DNA from: an uncultured Bacillota bacterium
Lineage (GTDB): Bacteria > Sysuimicrobiota > Sysuimicrobiia > Sysuimicrobiales > Segetimicrobiaceae
Assembly (NCBI GenBank): GCA_963804645.1
Contig: CAWDRG010000015.1
Span: 439,457-503,456, forward strand
DNA length: 64,000 bases
Direction: 5' to 3'
The translations under genes and the position numbers were made by a program. Below the pieces are notes generated by a model. It worked only from the letters and a program-made list of their open reading frames with translations, ran no database searches and was not told the DNA's origin. This document shows, in pieces, positions 20,322 through 31,112 of the stretch. Numbering within the stretch: the stretch's first letter is position 1; each line of letters opens with the position of its first letter.

Positions 20322-20763
20322 TCAGCGACGGCGCGGCTTCTCCTCCCCGGGTTGATTTGACGGTCCCTTGCCCATTACCTTGCGCATCGACTCTCCTTTC
20401 TTAAGACTGAGCTTGTGCGCATGGTGCACCAGCCGATCGAGAATCGCGTCCGCCACTGTGGGATGGGCGATCGCCGAGTGCAGGTTCTCGAGGGGCAACT
20501 GAGACGCGATGAGGGTCGCGCGCGCCTGCACCCGATCCTCGATCACCTCCAAGAGTTCGCGGGCGTCCGGCGCCGCGAGGGGCGCCAAGCCCCAATCATC
20601 GAGGATGAGCAGGTGCGCCTTCGCGAGTCGGGTCAGCAGCCGCGGGTACGACCCATCCGCATGCGCGAGGTTGAGATCGGAGAGCAGCCGCGGCACGCGA
20701 TAGTAGCGGGTGCTGAAGCCCTGGCGACACGCCGCATTGCCCAAGGCGCACGCGAGCCACGAC
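20322..20763 (-). pseudogene. istB: IstB ATP-binding helper, C-terminal part
   Basis: [46 protein letters not shown]. Confidence 0.9.
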
Positions 20764-22414
20764 GCGGGTCACGCTCGTCTTGGTGCTGTCGGATACCACT
20801 GTCTTTGAAAGTCAAACGGAAATTGCCTGACACAGGGATCGCCAACTGTATTTCGAGGCGTTCCTCGGTGACAATCACGCGTTCGACGAGAAGGCGCAGG
20901 ATGGTCTGTTTGGTATCAAAGTCCGCTTCCAGCAGGTGAGGCCGCAGCTGTTCGACGAGGGCGGCGGCACCATCGGCCCGGGTGCGAGTCACTTCCGCCT
21001 CCAGGCGCGCCGTTTTCAGTTCCGCCAGTGCAAGCTCGGCTGAGCGGAGCGACTCCTCGACGACTTCAGTCCGTGTGCGAAAGACTGCAAGAGAGAGGGC
21101 ACCGAGCTGATACGCATCGGTGAGGCGATCGCGCTGCCGGCACAGCTCCTTGACCCGTTGCTCAGCGTGCTGAAACTGCGGATCCCGTTCCGGCCGCGTC
21201 GTGGTCGTTCGCTCCACCCAGGCCGCGAGCTGCTGGTGTAGCTCGTCCGAGTTGAGCAGCAGATCGCGGACGGTGGTCCAGACGGCCTCGTTCACCCCCG
21301 CGACATGAAGGCGCCAGTTTTTACAGCGGTGACGTAACCCACTGTTGATCGTCGTAATGCGTGCACAGCAGGTGTAATAGTGGTAGAGGTATTGACTGCC
21401 GTCGCGGCGGCGTCGGGGTTCATGGTGAGTTTCGCCGACGTACGCGTGACCGCAGACGCCACATTTGAGGAGGCCTTTGAGAAGAAAGACGCCCTCCTGC
21501 TTCAGCCGCCGGCGCGCGAACCGCCGATTCTCCTGGATGCGCTGTTGCACACGCGCAAAGAGTGGTTCGTCGATGATAGGCGGGACAGCCACCGCGATCC
21601 ATTCCGCGGGAGGCCGCGGGATCAAGGTCATCTTTGCGATCTTCCGCCCTGAGCCATCGGGCCCGGATCGCTCGTTGCTGCGGCTCCGGGTGCGATTGTA
21701 GTAGGCCTTGCCGATGTACCACTCGCATCGCAGCATGCGCAACACGGTCGTCCCTGTCCACGTGGGCTTGCCGCACTGAGGCCGCCACGGGGAGACGTTG
21801 AGACGTTGCAGCAGTTTGTACAGCGTCATCCCGTCTTCGGCGTACCACGCGAAGATCTGACGGACCGTCGTCGCTTCTTCTTCATGGATGCGGATACGCC
21901 CGTCCCCGCCATAGCGCTTTGGCGCATAGCGGTAGCCATACGGAGGATGACTGTGGCCAAGCTCTCCCAGCCGGGCGCGATAGAGACGCCCGCGGCGACA
22001 TCGCTCGAGAATCTTGGCCCGTTCGTATTCGGCGATCGCGCCTTGGATCTGCAACAACAGTTGATCATCTGGCGAATCGGTGATGGGGCGCTCGCAAAAG
22101 TGGACCGGCACGCCGACACGCGCGAGCTCCTCGATCAACAGCACTTGGTACGCATACTTGCGCGCGAGCCGATCCGGACAGAGCACCACGAGGGCCTGAA
22201 ACCGTCCTTCGCGTGCGTGATCGCGTAACTCGTCCAGCGCTGGCCGATCGAGACGGCTGCCGCTGAAGCCTTCGTCGATATAGGTGAGCGCCGCCATCGT
22301 GTGGTATCCGTGATCCTCTGCGTAGTGTCTAATGGCAGCCAACTGGCTCTGGATGGTCTGCTCCTGTTCTTGCAGTTCCGTCGACACCCGTGCATACAAC
22401 GCGGTCATGGTCAT
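20633..22414 (-). CDS. Large serine recombinase (intact catalytic, recombinase and zinc-ribbon domains); stop codon lies outside the element
   Basis: [58 protein letters not shown]. Confidence 0.93.
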   Translation of the reverse strand: MTMTALYARVSTELQEQEQTIQSQLAAIRHYAEDHGYHTMAALTYIDEGFSGSRLDRPALDELRDHAREGRFQALVVLCPDRLARKYAYQVLLIEELARVGVPVHFCERPITDSPDDQLLLQIQGAIAEYERAKILERCRRGRLYRARLGELGHSHPPYGYRYAPKRYGGDGRIRIHEEEATTVRQIFAWYAEDGMTLYKLLQRLNVSPWRPQCGKPTWTGTTVLRMLRCEWYIGKAYYNRTRSRSNERSGPDGSGRKIAKMTLIPRPPAEWIAVAVPPIIDEPLFARVQQRIQENRRFARRRLKQEGVFLLKGLLKCGVCGHAYVGETHHEPRRRRDGSQYLYHYYTCCARITTINSGLRHRCKNWRLHVAGVNEAVWTTVRDLLLNSDELHQQLAAWVERTTTTRPERDPQFQHAEQRVKELCRQRDRLTDAYQLGALSLAVFRTRTEVVEESLRSAELALAELKTARLEAEVTRTRADGAAALVEQLRPHLLEADFDTKQTILRLLVERVIVTEERLEIQLAIPVSGNFRLTFKDSGIRQHQDERDPRRGSRAPWAMRRVARASAPATIACRGCSPISTSRMRMGRTRGC

Positions 22415-22780
22415 GGCGGCCTCCTCGGCGCGAGGCGATCAGGTTCACCAGCACCTCATGCAAACGCGCGGCGCGGACGTGCGCATCTGCGGTGCCAACG
22501 GGAACGACTTCCACATGATACGGCTCCGCTGCGGTGACGCCCCAGGCGTGGCCTGCAGGATCGCGGTCGAGAAGGCCAAGCATGCCGAAACGCTCCACGC
22601 GCGTCAGAAGAAACCGCGCCACGCTGGTCTGGGGACGCTCGTGGCTCGGCAATAACATGTAACTCCGGACGGTCTCGTAGCGCTGTTGGGCAAGACCACC
22701 GAGCGCCGCGAATGGGACCGTGAGTGGCTCGGGAGGCAACTCGGGAGTCGGCGCGAGGGGCGCGGCGCTTCCATCAGCGG
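22329..22780 (-). CDS. Small hypothetical protein of the LSR element (start uncertain)
   Basis: LAQQRYETVRSYML...RFGMLGLL; overlaps the recombinase start and lies between the HTH gene and the LSR. Confidence 0.5.
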
Positions 22781-23232
22781 TTTTTTTTGACGCGCGCGGC
22801 AAGCAGGCGCTCGATCGTTCGGCGATGCACATCGATGCCTTGCTCGGCTGCCAGGCGCTGCGCGATTTCCTGCCCACTCAATTCGGGATGCGCCCGCAGC
22901 AGTGTCTCGACCCATCGCACGGCGTCGGGCGTCAGCTTGAGCGGCCCGCGGCGCCCGCGCTTTTCATCGGTAAGGCCGACAACGCCGAACGCCTGGAAGT
23001 CGCGCAACGTCACATAAAACGTTTCCCGCGAAAAGCCAAACTCACGTGCGACCATGGTTACATGCTGGCCGTCGAGCGCGTGGGCGCGCAACATCTCATA
23101 TTTAACCTGCACCTTGTCCAAAGGGTCGAAGAAACGATGCCGTACGAACAGCGACGCCCGCACGTGCTCGGGATGCAGATGCAGGGCGCCGATGGACTCG
23201 AGGAACGCGCGTTTCGGATGCCGGCTCGGCAT
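22774..23232 (-). CDS. Helix-turn-helix protein (FFDPxDxxQVKYEMLR type)
   Basis: GGAGG RBS; FFDPLDKVQVKYEMLR, AREFGFSRETFY, GLTDEKRGRRGPLKL, VHRRTIER. Confidence 0.8.
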   Translation of the reverse strand: MPSRHPKRAFLESIGALHLHPEHVRASLFVRHRFFDPLDKVQVKYEMLRAHALDGQHVTMVAREFGFSRETFYVTLRDFQAFGVVGLTDEKRGRRGPLKLTPDAVRWVETLLRAHPELSGQEIAQRLAAEQGIDVHRRTIERLLAARVKKNR

Positions 23233-23593
23233 GCACCACCTCCGTTGGCGCCAGCATAGGCTCCCTGGAGCGTTATGTCAAGTATTGTATGACGCACACA
23301 TCTCCCTCGCCCGGGGCCTCGAAAGATAACCGCGTTTCTTTATGCATCACTACGGTGGAATCCGAGCGACCGCGCGTTCCACTGTCAAGTGGTCGAATCT
23401 GATCGCCATAGATTACCGGACACTTTTCGCGCCCGATTGCCTTTGAGCCTGCCTGCCGCTATCTCCTTCTGTGTGCGGCGTTGCCGGCGCAGGACCCACC
23501 AGCCCGTATAGTCGTCCGTGACTACCGAAAAGCGGATCCGGTGATTTGAGATTCTAAGACAAGCACCTCGCTGACGCCGCCGAAATAGTCAAG

Positions 23594-25002
23594 GAGTCAA
23601 TACCAAAGTTCGTTGAGAAATAGGGGAGCGACCACCCGGCATGGTCACGCCGCCGGCACCTCCTTCCCCAACGCACGTTGTAGCGCTTCGCGAAGTTTAG
23701 GCAGCGCCCGGTAGCCGCGCACCCGGCGCAGCCGCGGTTCGATGTCCAGCAACGCGCTCGCCAGCCACCGCTGTTTCTGATCACTCGTGCGCCACCGATC
23801 GACTTTGCCGGTCCGCGCTTCCACCTGCGCCATCACCGACTCCAGCGCGTTCGTGGTCTTGAAGCTGCGGCCCAGCTCGCCGACGACGCCAAGCCGGTGC
23901 AGCGTCAGGGTTTCGTCCAGGCCCTCGGCCAGACTCCGCGCCGCGCTCTCATTCAGCACCCGGAGCTCACGCGCCAGTCGGTCCAGCGCGGCCTTCGCCT
24001 CCGCGTGCGTCGGCTGCTCGTACGCCCGCTGGAGCTTCTGCCGCCACGTCGCCTGCTGCCCCTTGGGCAGATGCGCGACCACATTCTCGCGCTTGTGCCA
24101 GGTGCACCGTTGCACCGCGGCCGCGTCCCCGAAGACCTCCTGGACCCCGCGGCGCAGGCCCTTGCTCCCATCGATGACGACCAGCAGGCCTTGCTCGTAC
24201 CGCAGCCCCCGCGCCACCAGATCGCGCAGCAACTCGGCGCAGACCCGGGCGTTCTCGGTGGCGGTTTGCACAAACCCCAGGAGGACCTTGTGGCCTTGGA
24301 CCGTCACGCCGAGCACGATCACCATCTCGTCCTCGGCGAACGTCTTGCCATCCAGCAGCACCGCCACCAGATCGTAGCTCTCCAGGCGGCGTTCATTGAG
24401 CGCCCGCAGCTGCCGCGCGCTGGCCCGAATGTAGCGCCGGGAGACCGTCGACGGCGCCAGCCCAAAGGCCTCGGGCACCGCCTCGGCACACTCCGCATAC
24501 CGCCGGCAACTCAGGCCCAACAGCACCCGCCGCATCAATCCCTCATCCAAGGCCCGGGGTTGCTGGAAGCGCTGGTACGTCTCGAGCGGGACCTCGACGT
24601 CGCGGAGCTGATCACGCACACGCTGATAAACAATCGGGAGTTTTTGATCGCCCAGGTACACCGAGCCACGCTCCTTGCTCCAGCGGACGTGGCCGGGCCG
24701 GCCACCCTCACGCGCGTAGCGCGCCCCGGCGAGGCTCCTCGACCTCCCGCTGTAACACGTCCCGCACGGCCTCCAAGCCCGAGGGGAATGAGCGCCTGGA
24801 TCACGGCCACCCGCGTGCCCAGATCCTCAGCCAACTCCCCCGCCTGCCGCCGGCCGACAAACTGCACCTGGCCCTTTGCGCCCACACGTAGTACCTTAGA
24901 CATGGAGCGTCCTCCTCAGCACGGTTTGTGGACTTGTCCGCAAACAATCCATTCACCATGCCGGGGGTCGCTCCCTATTTCTCAACGGACTTAACACACA
25001 CC
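23594..25002 (-). mobile_element. IS256-family insertion sequence within istA
   Basis: Inverted repeats AAGTTCGTTGAGAAATAGGG / CCCTATTTCTCAACGGACTT. Flanks AGTCAAGG / AGTCAAAG form an imperfect ~8-bp duplication. istA reads AFD|YFGG across the element. Confidence 0.85.
23645..24903 (-). CDS. IS256/Mutator-family DDE transposase, frameshifted near 24700-24760
   Basis: LLDGK, VIDGSKGL, VQRCTWHKRENV, TTNALES. Confidence 0.9.
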
Positions 25003-25603
25003 AGTCAAAGGCACGCGTGTGGGCGCCGATCCAGATCGGCTGCGTCTGGGCGAGGGCGCCCTCAAGGTAGGTGAAGTTGCTCATGCCCAGCGTGGCGACG
25101 AAGATGGACACGTCCCGGACCTGCCCCGTCGCCGGGTCCACGATCGCCAGCGTGAGGCCCGCCCAGTCGACGAACATCTTCTCGCCCGCGCGGTGCGGCT
25201 GTCGGAGGACCACATCGAGCTTGCCTTCCCACCGGCGATCCCGCTCGCAGAACCGGCTGTACTGGTACCCGTCGGGATAATCGCGGCGGTACTCCTGCCA
25301 CAAGAGCCGCAGGGTCACCCCTTTGCGGCGCAGTTCCCGATAGATCGCCTCCCACGCTGGCTCCCCCCGGCCCGCGGTCTGCCCCGCCGTCGGTGGGTAA
25401 AGCTTGCCTTCCAGCGTGGCATCGTCGAGCTCGGCAGGCAGGGGCCATGCCAGGCCCAATGCCGCGGCTCGATGGAGCACGCCCATGACGGTGCTGTGCG
25501 CCAGGCCCAGGCTCTGGGTGATCTGCCGGCCCGCCAACTGATGCTCAGTGTGCAGCCGAAGAATATCGCGAACGTTGCGCATCGGTAGTCTCCTGCGTGC
25601 CAC
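25003..25603 (-). pseudogene. istA: IstA transposase N-terminal part
   Basis: RRLPMRNVRDILRL, KGVTLRLLWQEY..YPDGYQYSRFC, HRAGEKMFVDWAG, IFVATLG.SN.TY.E. Confidence 0.92.
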
Positions 25604-26320
25604 GGTGCTCGCACCCCGCTCCCGGTGAGTCATGCTCACCGGGGTTGCGGTGGAGTAACACGAACACCTGTACGCCTCGACTGCCGACGCTCACGATGGC
25701 CGAAATGCCCCGGAATCGCTGGACGATTTAGCCCGGATTCAGTGGACGATTTGCCCCGGAATCACTGGACGATTTGGATTGGAATCGCTGGACGATTTGC
25801 GTCGGAATACGCACGCCGATCGAGACGAACTCCTGCCCTGGCACCGCCACACGGCGTCGGGGCGCACGTTTCTCTTGGTTCGGCTGGCGGCCTGCCTGGG
25901 GTGCGCAGCCTCGGTTAGAGGGATCGGCGTAACCGGCCAGCGCGGGGCGTCCCGCGCGTCGCCAAGGGGTGGATAGGCTGGCGCGGTCCCCCGGGGCGTT
26001 CACGGTTCTTCACCGGGGCGTCATCGAGGCGGGGCGCCGCCTTTATCCCTGACACCTGCTATGGACGGCCTCGCCCAACTGTCCCTCTGATAAGTGAGAA
26101 TCTTTCGAATGGAGGATGGGCGAGTCGTCCCGCAAGTGCAACATTCATATAAAGGGCAAGAACTCGGTGGTGCGTCTGACTTTGGGAGGGGTCATGATAG
26201 CAACCACGACACGGCTTTCCCTGGGGGAATGTTGAACTACCCGGGGTCCCTGGGGCGAGTTCCTCGTCCTAGGGGGGGCTTGTGCTATTGGGGCCAGCTT
26301 ATTCCTGAGAGGAGCGTCAA

Positions 26321-27196
26321 ATGACAAAAGGGAAAATAGGCTTACTCTCTGGGGTGTTGCTGAGCGTAGTGTGTCTCATAAGCTTCTCAGGCACCGCCAG
26401 CGCAGATGAGTACATTTACGGCAACAATGCCAGCTACGGTCCGGACACTGTCTCCCAAATCGACATCACGACAGGAACGGTAACCAACAACATTGTTGTA
26501 TCGCCCGGAAATGGGCGAGGCGTCGTCCAAGTCGGCAACATCCTGTATACAACCACAGCCAGTTCCAATGACGTATACAAGTACGATCTCGTCTCAAACA
26601 CCAGCTCAGTCGCCTTCTCGGTAACCGGCTCAAGCGCGCTATCAACGATCTCCTACGATGGCACAAACTTCTGGATCGGCGACTACAGCGGTAGCAACAA
26701 TGTGTATGAGTACTCGCCGACGGGCACCCTCCTGAAGACCGTTCCCTTGTCTCTGTGCACCGGTTATTGCGACGGGGTGGGGTATCTCGCTGCAAACGGC
26801 GGGGAGCTCATCTCCAATGAGTTCGATGGGTATGACGCTAACTCCCCATACGATATCTACAATCTCAGCGGAACGCTACTGCAGGCCGGTTTCATCAATT
26901 CGGCGACCGGCTGCACCACCAGCCCCGGATCCACCGGACTGGCTTTCGACGGGACTGACTATTTCATCTCGTGCATTAACGAATCCACGTTGGCTGAGTA
27001 TAATCTCGCTGGAACGTTTGTCCAAGACATACCATTCACGGGTGATAACAGCAACGCTGGCCCTCTGGTGGAGGGCATTTCGGCCAATTACGCAGTGGTC
27101 TTGGGCCCGGTGCCTGAGCCCAGCACGCTGATGCTTTTCGGCCCGCTTGGGCTCGCGATGCTCCCAATTCTTCGGCGCCGCAGGTTCCGCAAGTAG
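26321..27196 (+). CDS. PEP-CTERM sorting-domain protein (Ser/Thr/Asn-rich beta-propeller-like ectodomain)
   Basis: Signal peptide (ASA-DE); C-terminal VPEPSTLMLFGPLGLAMLPILRRRRFRK. Confidence 0.93.
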   Translation: MTKGKIGLLSGVLLSVVCLISFSGTASADEYIYGNNASYGPDTVSQIDITTGTVTNNIVVSPGNGRGVVQVGNILYTTTASSNDVYKYDLVSNTSSVAFSVTGSSALSTISYDGTNFWIGDYSGSNNVYEYSPTGTLLKTVPLSLCTGYCDGVGYLAANGGELISNEFDGYDANSPYDIYNLSGTLLQAGFINSATGCTTSPGSTGLAFDGTDYFISCINESTLAEYNLAGTFVQDIPFTGDNSNAGPLVEGISANYAVVLGPVPEPSTLMLFGPLGLAMLPILRRRRFRK

Positions 27197-27252
27197 GACG
27201 AAGAACCAGGGCTGCAAGGCTGGCTCGCAGTCACGGCGAAAGCGGAAACAGA

Positions 27253-27282
27253 GAAGGCGGCCGCCCTCCGGTCGCCTTTTCT
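27253..27282 (+). terminator. Intrinsic terminator
   Basis: AGAAGGCGGCCG...CGGTCGCCTTTTCT hairpin after the PEP-CTERM gene. Confidence 0.65.
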
Positions 27283-27489
27283 GCTTCCTGGCGACGGACC
27301 GACATCGACGCGCTCCGAATGAGGGGAGGGCGTCGCGCCCGCGCCAGCGGTCCGGGTGGGTCCGCGTGACGTTCCGAGGCGCCGGTGAGGCTGACCGCGA
27401 TTTGACACGTGATGTCCGAGAACGTTGCGGCAAATTCCTTTCATATGGTTGGTCTGATGTGGCGGAGTGCGTCGGACCAGTTTCGTCGA

Positions 27490-28620
27490 TTCTGTTCCAT
27501 ACCCGCCGATAATACCGTTACGCTCGATGCGAAACGGCTCAAGCGGGAATTCCGCGGCGAACTGTAGGCTAAGAAGTGGAAGTCTGCGCCGTCCTGGGTC
27601 GCCTGTTCAGCCGCGTGCAACGTCGTGATCGGCTTCCCGAAGCTCACCTCACCGCAAGTTTCGGAATCGGTCCTGCAAGCGGCCGATGGCGCGCGCGCCG
27701 CGGTGGCTAGAACCATTGTCTCGATCCAGAAGACACGGTGCGCCCGGGCATAGGCGCGCGTCGTCATCACTTGCTCCACCAGCCGATCGAACGGCAGGAT
27801 CCCCGTGCGTGGTTCACAGCGTCCAAAGAGCTTGGCCTGGTGGCAGTCCCAGGCGGCGAGATATTGCAACGTCCCCCCTCGCTCATACTCGTGCTCGACC
27901 CGCATCGCCCGCGCCCGGGCGGCGGCGGCAGCGGGCCTGGATCGACGTCTTTTCTTCGGCCGACCGCACATACTCGTCAGGGCGCAAGACGTGGCCGTCA
28001 AACGTACGTTGGTAGAGGTCCAGGACGACACCGGCCCGGCGCCCAACCGCGGGTCCCGGGGGAAGACCCAGCGGCGGTGCTGCCACGGGTTGATGGCGTC
28101 TTCCGACAGCCAGTGCCAGATCGTCGTGTCGGAGATCGCGGCCACCACGCCGCGCGCGATCGCCGCCGCCCGAATATCGGGAATCTGGAAACGCGACAGA
28201 GGGACGCCCAGTTTGGCGGGCATTTCACAGGCCAGCGCCTTGACCTCGACGACGACGTCGGGCGGGAAAGACCGCCGGGGGTCCGGTCCGGCTGCGTTCT
28301 TGCAGGCCCGGCAGGCCTTCTTCAAAGAATCGCTTCCGCCATTTCGAGACGATCTGCCGCGGCAAATCGATGCGCGCCGCGATGGCTTCATTCGACAGGC
28401 CCTGAGCCGCATAGAGTACGACTTTCGCCCGCACGACGTCCCGATACGATGACGAATATTTCCCCGCGACGGCTTCCAGGGCCTGCCGTTCGGTTGTGGA
28501 GAGCTCGATGCGAAATGGACTGCTCCTAGCCATCCCCCCTCCCTTCGAGGAGAGCATACCCTGAACGACCGGTAGAAAGCTAGAAACTATTCGTCATCGT
28601 ATGTATGGTGGAGACTGCTT
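27490..28620 (-). mobile_element. IS630-family element, degenerate (transposase ~28533 to ~27530, several frameshifts); ends approximate
   Basis: RAKVVLYAAQGLSN..IVSKWRKRF..GL.ERSRTG.P, TIWHWL...PWQ, EKTSIQAR, EHEYERGGT. Confidence 0.8.
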
Positions 28621-29338
28621 AGGGCAACGGGCCAGGGGGGTCGGTGGTTCCCGACCGCGCTCCGTTGGTGGCGAGGGACCCATTGGTGATGGCGACGGCC
28701 AGGGCCTGAGTGCGGTTCCGGACCCCGAGCTTCCGGTAGATCGCCCGGAGATGACTCTTGACCGTGGACTCAGACAAGAACAGCTTCGTCGCCGTCCGCT
28801 TGTCGCTCAACCCCTCGGCGAGAGCGGCGAGGATGTGCAGTTCTCGTTCGCTCAGACGGTGCGGGCCCCTTCGTGCGGGGTCGACGCGCGACCTGTCGTG
28901 CGTGCCGTTGTTGAGCACGTACTGAGCCATCTCCGCGCCGACCATCGCATGGCCGTGGCGGATGGCTTGGATCGCGGTCACCAGTTTGTCGGGGTCGACG
29001 TCCTTCAGGAAGTAGCCGGCGGCCCCCGCGGCTGAGGCTCGCCGGAGGAGCTCGGGACTTCCGTGCGACGCCAGGATCAAGACCTGCGTCGCAGGGCACT
29101 CCTGCCGGATCGCCTGGGTCGCCTCGAGTCCGTCCCCGTCGCGCCACTCGAGGTCCATCAACACCACGTCCGGGCGTAGCTCGCGCGATCGGATGACGGC
29201 CTCGCGCGCCGCGCTCGCTTCGCCCACGATCTCGATGTCTCGCGCCCACCGCGCGTGTTCCAGCAGGGCGTGCAATCCCCGCCGGAACAGGGTATGGTCA
29301 TCGGCGATTAGTGTTCGGACTCTCGGTTCATCCATCAT
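28619..29338 (-). CDS. NarL/LuxR-family response regulator
   Basis: LIADDH, DVVLMD, GYFLKD, LSERELHIL..LAEG, LFLSESTVKSHL. Confidence 0.92.
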   Translation of the reverse strand: MMDEPRVRTLIADDHTLFRRGLHALLEHARWARDIEIVGEASAAREAVIRSRELRPDVVLMDLEWRDGDGLEATQAIRQECPATQVLILASHGSPELLRRASAAGAAGYFLKDVDPDKLVTAIQAIRHGHAMVGAEMAQYVLNNGTHDRSRVDPARRGPHRLSERELHILAALAEGLSDKRTATKLFLSESTVKSHLRAIYRKLGVRNRTQALAVAITNGSLATNGARSGTTDPPGPLP

Positions 29339-29707
29339 GTGTCCACCAGGCCCACGGACGGGCGTCACCCGGCCCGTCGCATTCAGTAGTGACTCATCGC
29401 CCCGCCAGCCCGCGGTTTACAGATTTGGCCTGCTCGTGCCCCCACCCGCTTGTACCCGTTTCGATCGAGATTCGAGACCACGAGTGCATACACGGGGTCC
29501 GCGCGATGCGATCATGCCATCGTTCCGTGCCGGGTATGCGGGGTCGCGCACGCCGCGTGCGGGGCCCTGAGATTACACGCGTAGTGTAGATCACGCGACC
29601 CGATCGCACCATGGGATCTTGGGACTAGCCCGATCGGCCTACGGCAAGCGAGCGGGAGCGCGGACCGGCGCCGCCGCCGCGTCCCGGGGATCGCGCGCCG
29701 TGGTAAG

Positions 29708-29998
29708 GTGAAGTGTGGGCCGGATCGACGTGGTTCGTGGAGGTGGAGGGTGGCATTTGATGCGGGGCAGCAGCGTTTCCTAACCAACCCGTTGTGGCGG
29801 TGGCGCATCGTGCATCGTCGCGACGCCCGCGAGGTCGAAAACATTCTGCGGCTCGTGCCGGGGCGGGTGGAGCGTCTTGAACTCGGCGACGCGGCACCGA
29901 CGCCGCTCGAGCTACGGAAGTTGGAGCGGTTGACCGGCCTCGCCGACCTCGAACGCCAATGGGAGGTGTGGGCGGCTCAGCGGCCCACCGTATCGTAA
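29708..29998 (+). CDS. Small hypothetical protein (possible HTH-like)
   Basis: 96-aa ORF with VERLELGDAAPTPLELRKL; alternative GTG start near 29750 after GGAGG. Confidence 0.35.
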   Translation: MKCGPDRRGSWRWRVAFDAGQQRFLTNPLWRWRIVHRRDAREVENILRLVPGRVERLELGDAAPTPLELRKLERLTGLADLERQWEVWAAQRPTVS

Positions 29999-30092
29999 GA
30001 CCGCCGATATCCGGGCCTCGGGTTCGCGTCTTTGTTCGGGGCGGGGTCCGGAACGCGCTCGACGGCGGTCGCGGCAGGGAGGGGGGACGTTC

Positions 30093-31112
30093 GTGTTGGG
30101 TGAGCCGATCCGGGTGGCGGCCGCCGACTTTTCTGTCCGAGATATCCCGGTGGGCGTCCGGCAGCGGCTTCGCTTGGTGATCGACCGGCTACCCGATGGC
30201 CAGGATCTCGCCATGCCGGCCCTGGTCGCGCGCGGGTGCAAGGCTGGGAAGACGCTGCTCGTGACCGGCGCCGTCCACGGCGACGAGTACGAGGGACCGA
30301 TCGCGATTCAGGACGTGTTCGCGGAGCTGGATCCGGCGAGGATGCGGGGGACGTTCGTCGGGGTGCCCGTCACGAATGGGCCGGCGTTTTCGGTGGCAAC
30401 GCGCGAGGGCGCCTGGGATCACCAGAACTTGGCGCGGATCTTTCCGGGGCGCCGGGACGGCACGCCGAGCGAGCGAATCGCGCACGCGTACGTGACGCAT
30501 CTGCTCCCGCAGGTCGACCTGCTGCTCGACATGCACAGCGGGGGAAACGGATACGCGATGCACCCGCTTGCGGGCTATCAGATGCGCCAGGGTGATCTGG
30601 GACGCGTCCAGCGCGCTGCGGCGATCGCCTTCGGCTTGGACCTCGTCTGGGGCACCGGTGGGCTGCCCGGCCGTTCGCTCTCGGCCGCCGGCGAGCGCGG
30701 CCTGCCCGCGATCTACGTGGAGATGCCCGGTGAGGGGCGCTGCCGGCCCGTGGACCGGCGCGTGGCAGCCCGCGGCATTCGAAACGTCATGACGTTCCTT
30801 GGGATTCTTGAGGGCGCGTATCCAGTCGATCCACCGCGTCATCTTGTCGAGATGTCGGCGCAGGGGTCCGGTCACCTGCAGGTCGATCATCTGAGTCCGA
30901 CGTCGGGGCTGTTTGTGTCCGCGGTCGCCGTCTGGGACCGCGTCACGGCTGGCCAGCGGCTCGGCGAGGTGCGCGATCCGGATGGGGCGGTGCTCGCCGA
31001 AGTGGCGGCGGCCCGTGCGGGGCGCGTGCTGTTTCTCCGCACACTTCCGCGCGTCGTGTCCGGCGATGCGTTGGCATTCGTGCTGCCGCTGGCCGAGGAT
31101 GTCGCTCCGTGA
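30093..31112 (+). CDS. Succinylglutamate desuccinylase/aspartoacylase (M14) family protein
   Basis: GAVHGDEYEG, NLARIFPG, LLDMHSGG, IYVEMPG, C-terminal hybrid-motif domain. Confidence 0.88.
   Translation: MLGEPIRVAAADFSVRDIPVGVRQRLRLVIDRLPDGQDLAMPALVARGCKAGKTLLVTGAVHGDEYEGPIAIQDVFAELDPARMRGTFVGVPVTNGPAFSVATREGAWDHQNLARIFPGRRDGTPSERIAHAYVTHLLPQVDLLLDMHSGGNGYAMHPLAGYQMRQGDLGRVQRAAAIAFGLDLVWGTGGLPGRSLSAAGERGLPAIYVEMPGEGRCRPVDRRVAARGIRNVMTFLGILEGAYPVDPPRHLVEMSAQGSGHLQVDHLSPTSGLFVSAVAVWDRVTAGQRLGEVRDPDGAVLAEVAAARAGRVLFLRTLPRVVSGDALAFVLPLAEDVAP

Larger units (their letters stand above)
20800..23561 (-). mobile_element. Three-gene large-serine-recombinase element inserted into istA
   Basis: Imperfect 17-bp inverted ends TGTCTTTGAAAGTCAAA (20800-20816) and TTTGAGATTCTAAGACA (23545-23561). 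Removing the element with one 2-bp core restores istA FGGVSEV(L/V)VSD. Confidence 0.8.
20216..25813 (-). mobile_element. IS21-family element (internally deleted; hosts two nested elements)
   Basis: Ends TGCGTATTCCGA...TCGGAATACGCA. 5-bp target duplication CGCCG at 20211-20215 and 25814-25818. Multiple subterminal repeats (GGAATCnCTGGACGATTT). Confidence 0.92.

Noticed and set aside
23587..23600. AGTCAA motif shared by the IS256 target, the IS256 end and the LSR arm (AGTCAAA)
   Set aside because: The match is only 6-7 bp and its spacing from the core does not fit an att arm; treated as coincidence.
25700..25813. Four ~22-bp repeats GGAATCnCTGGACGATTT (mirrored at 20216-20310) resembling a mini-CRISPR or iterons
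   Set aside because: There are no unique spacers and no cas genes. They are the multiple subterminal transposase-binding repeats typical of IS21 ends.
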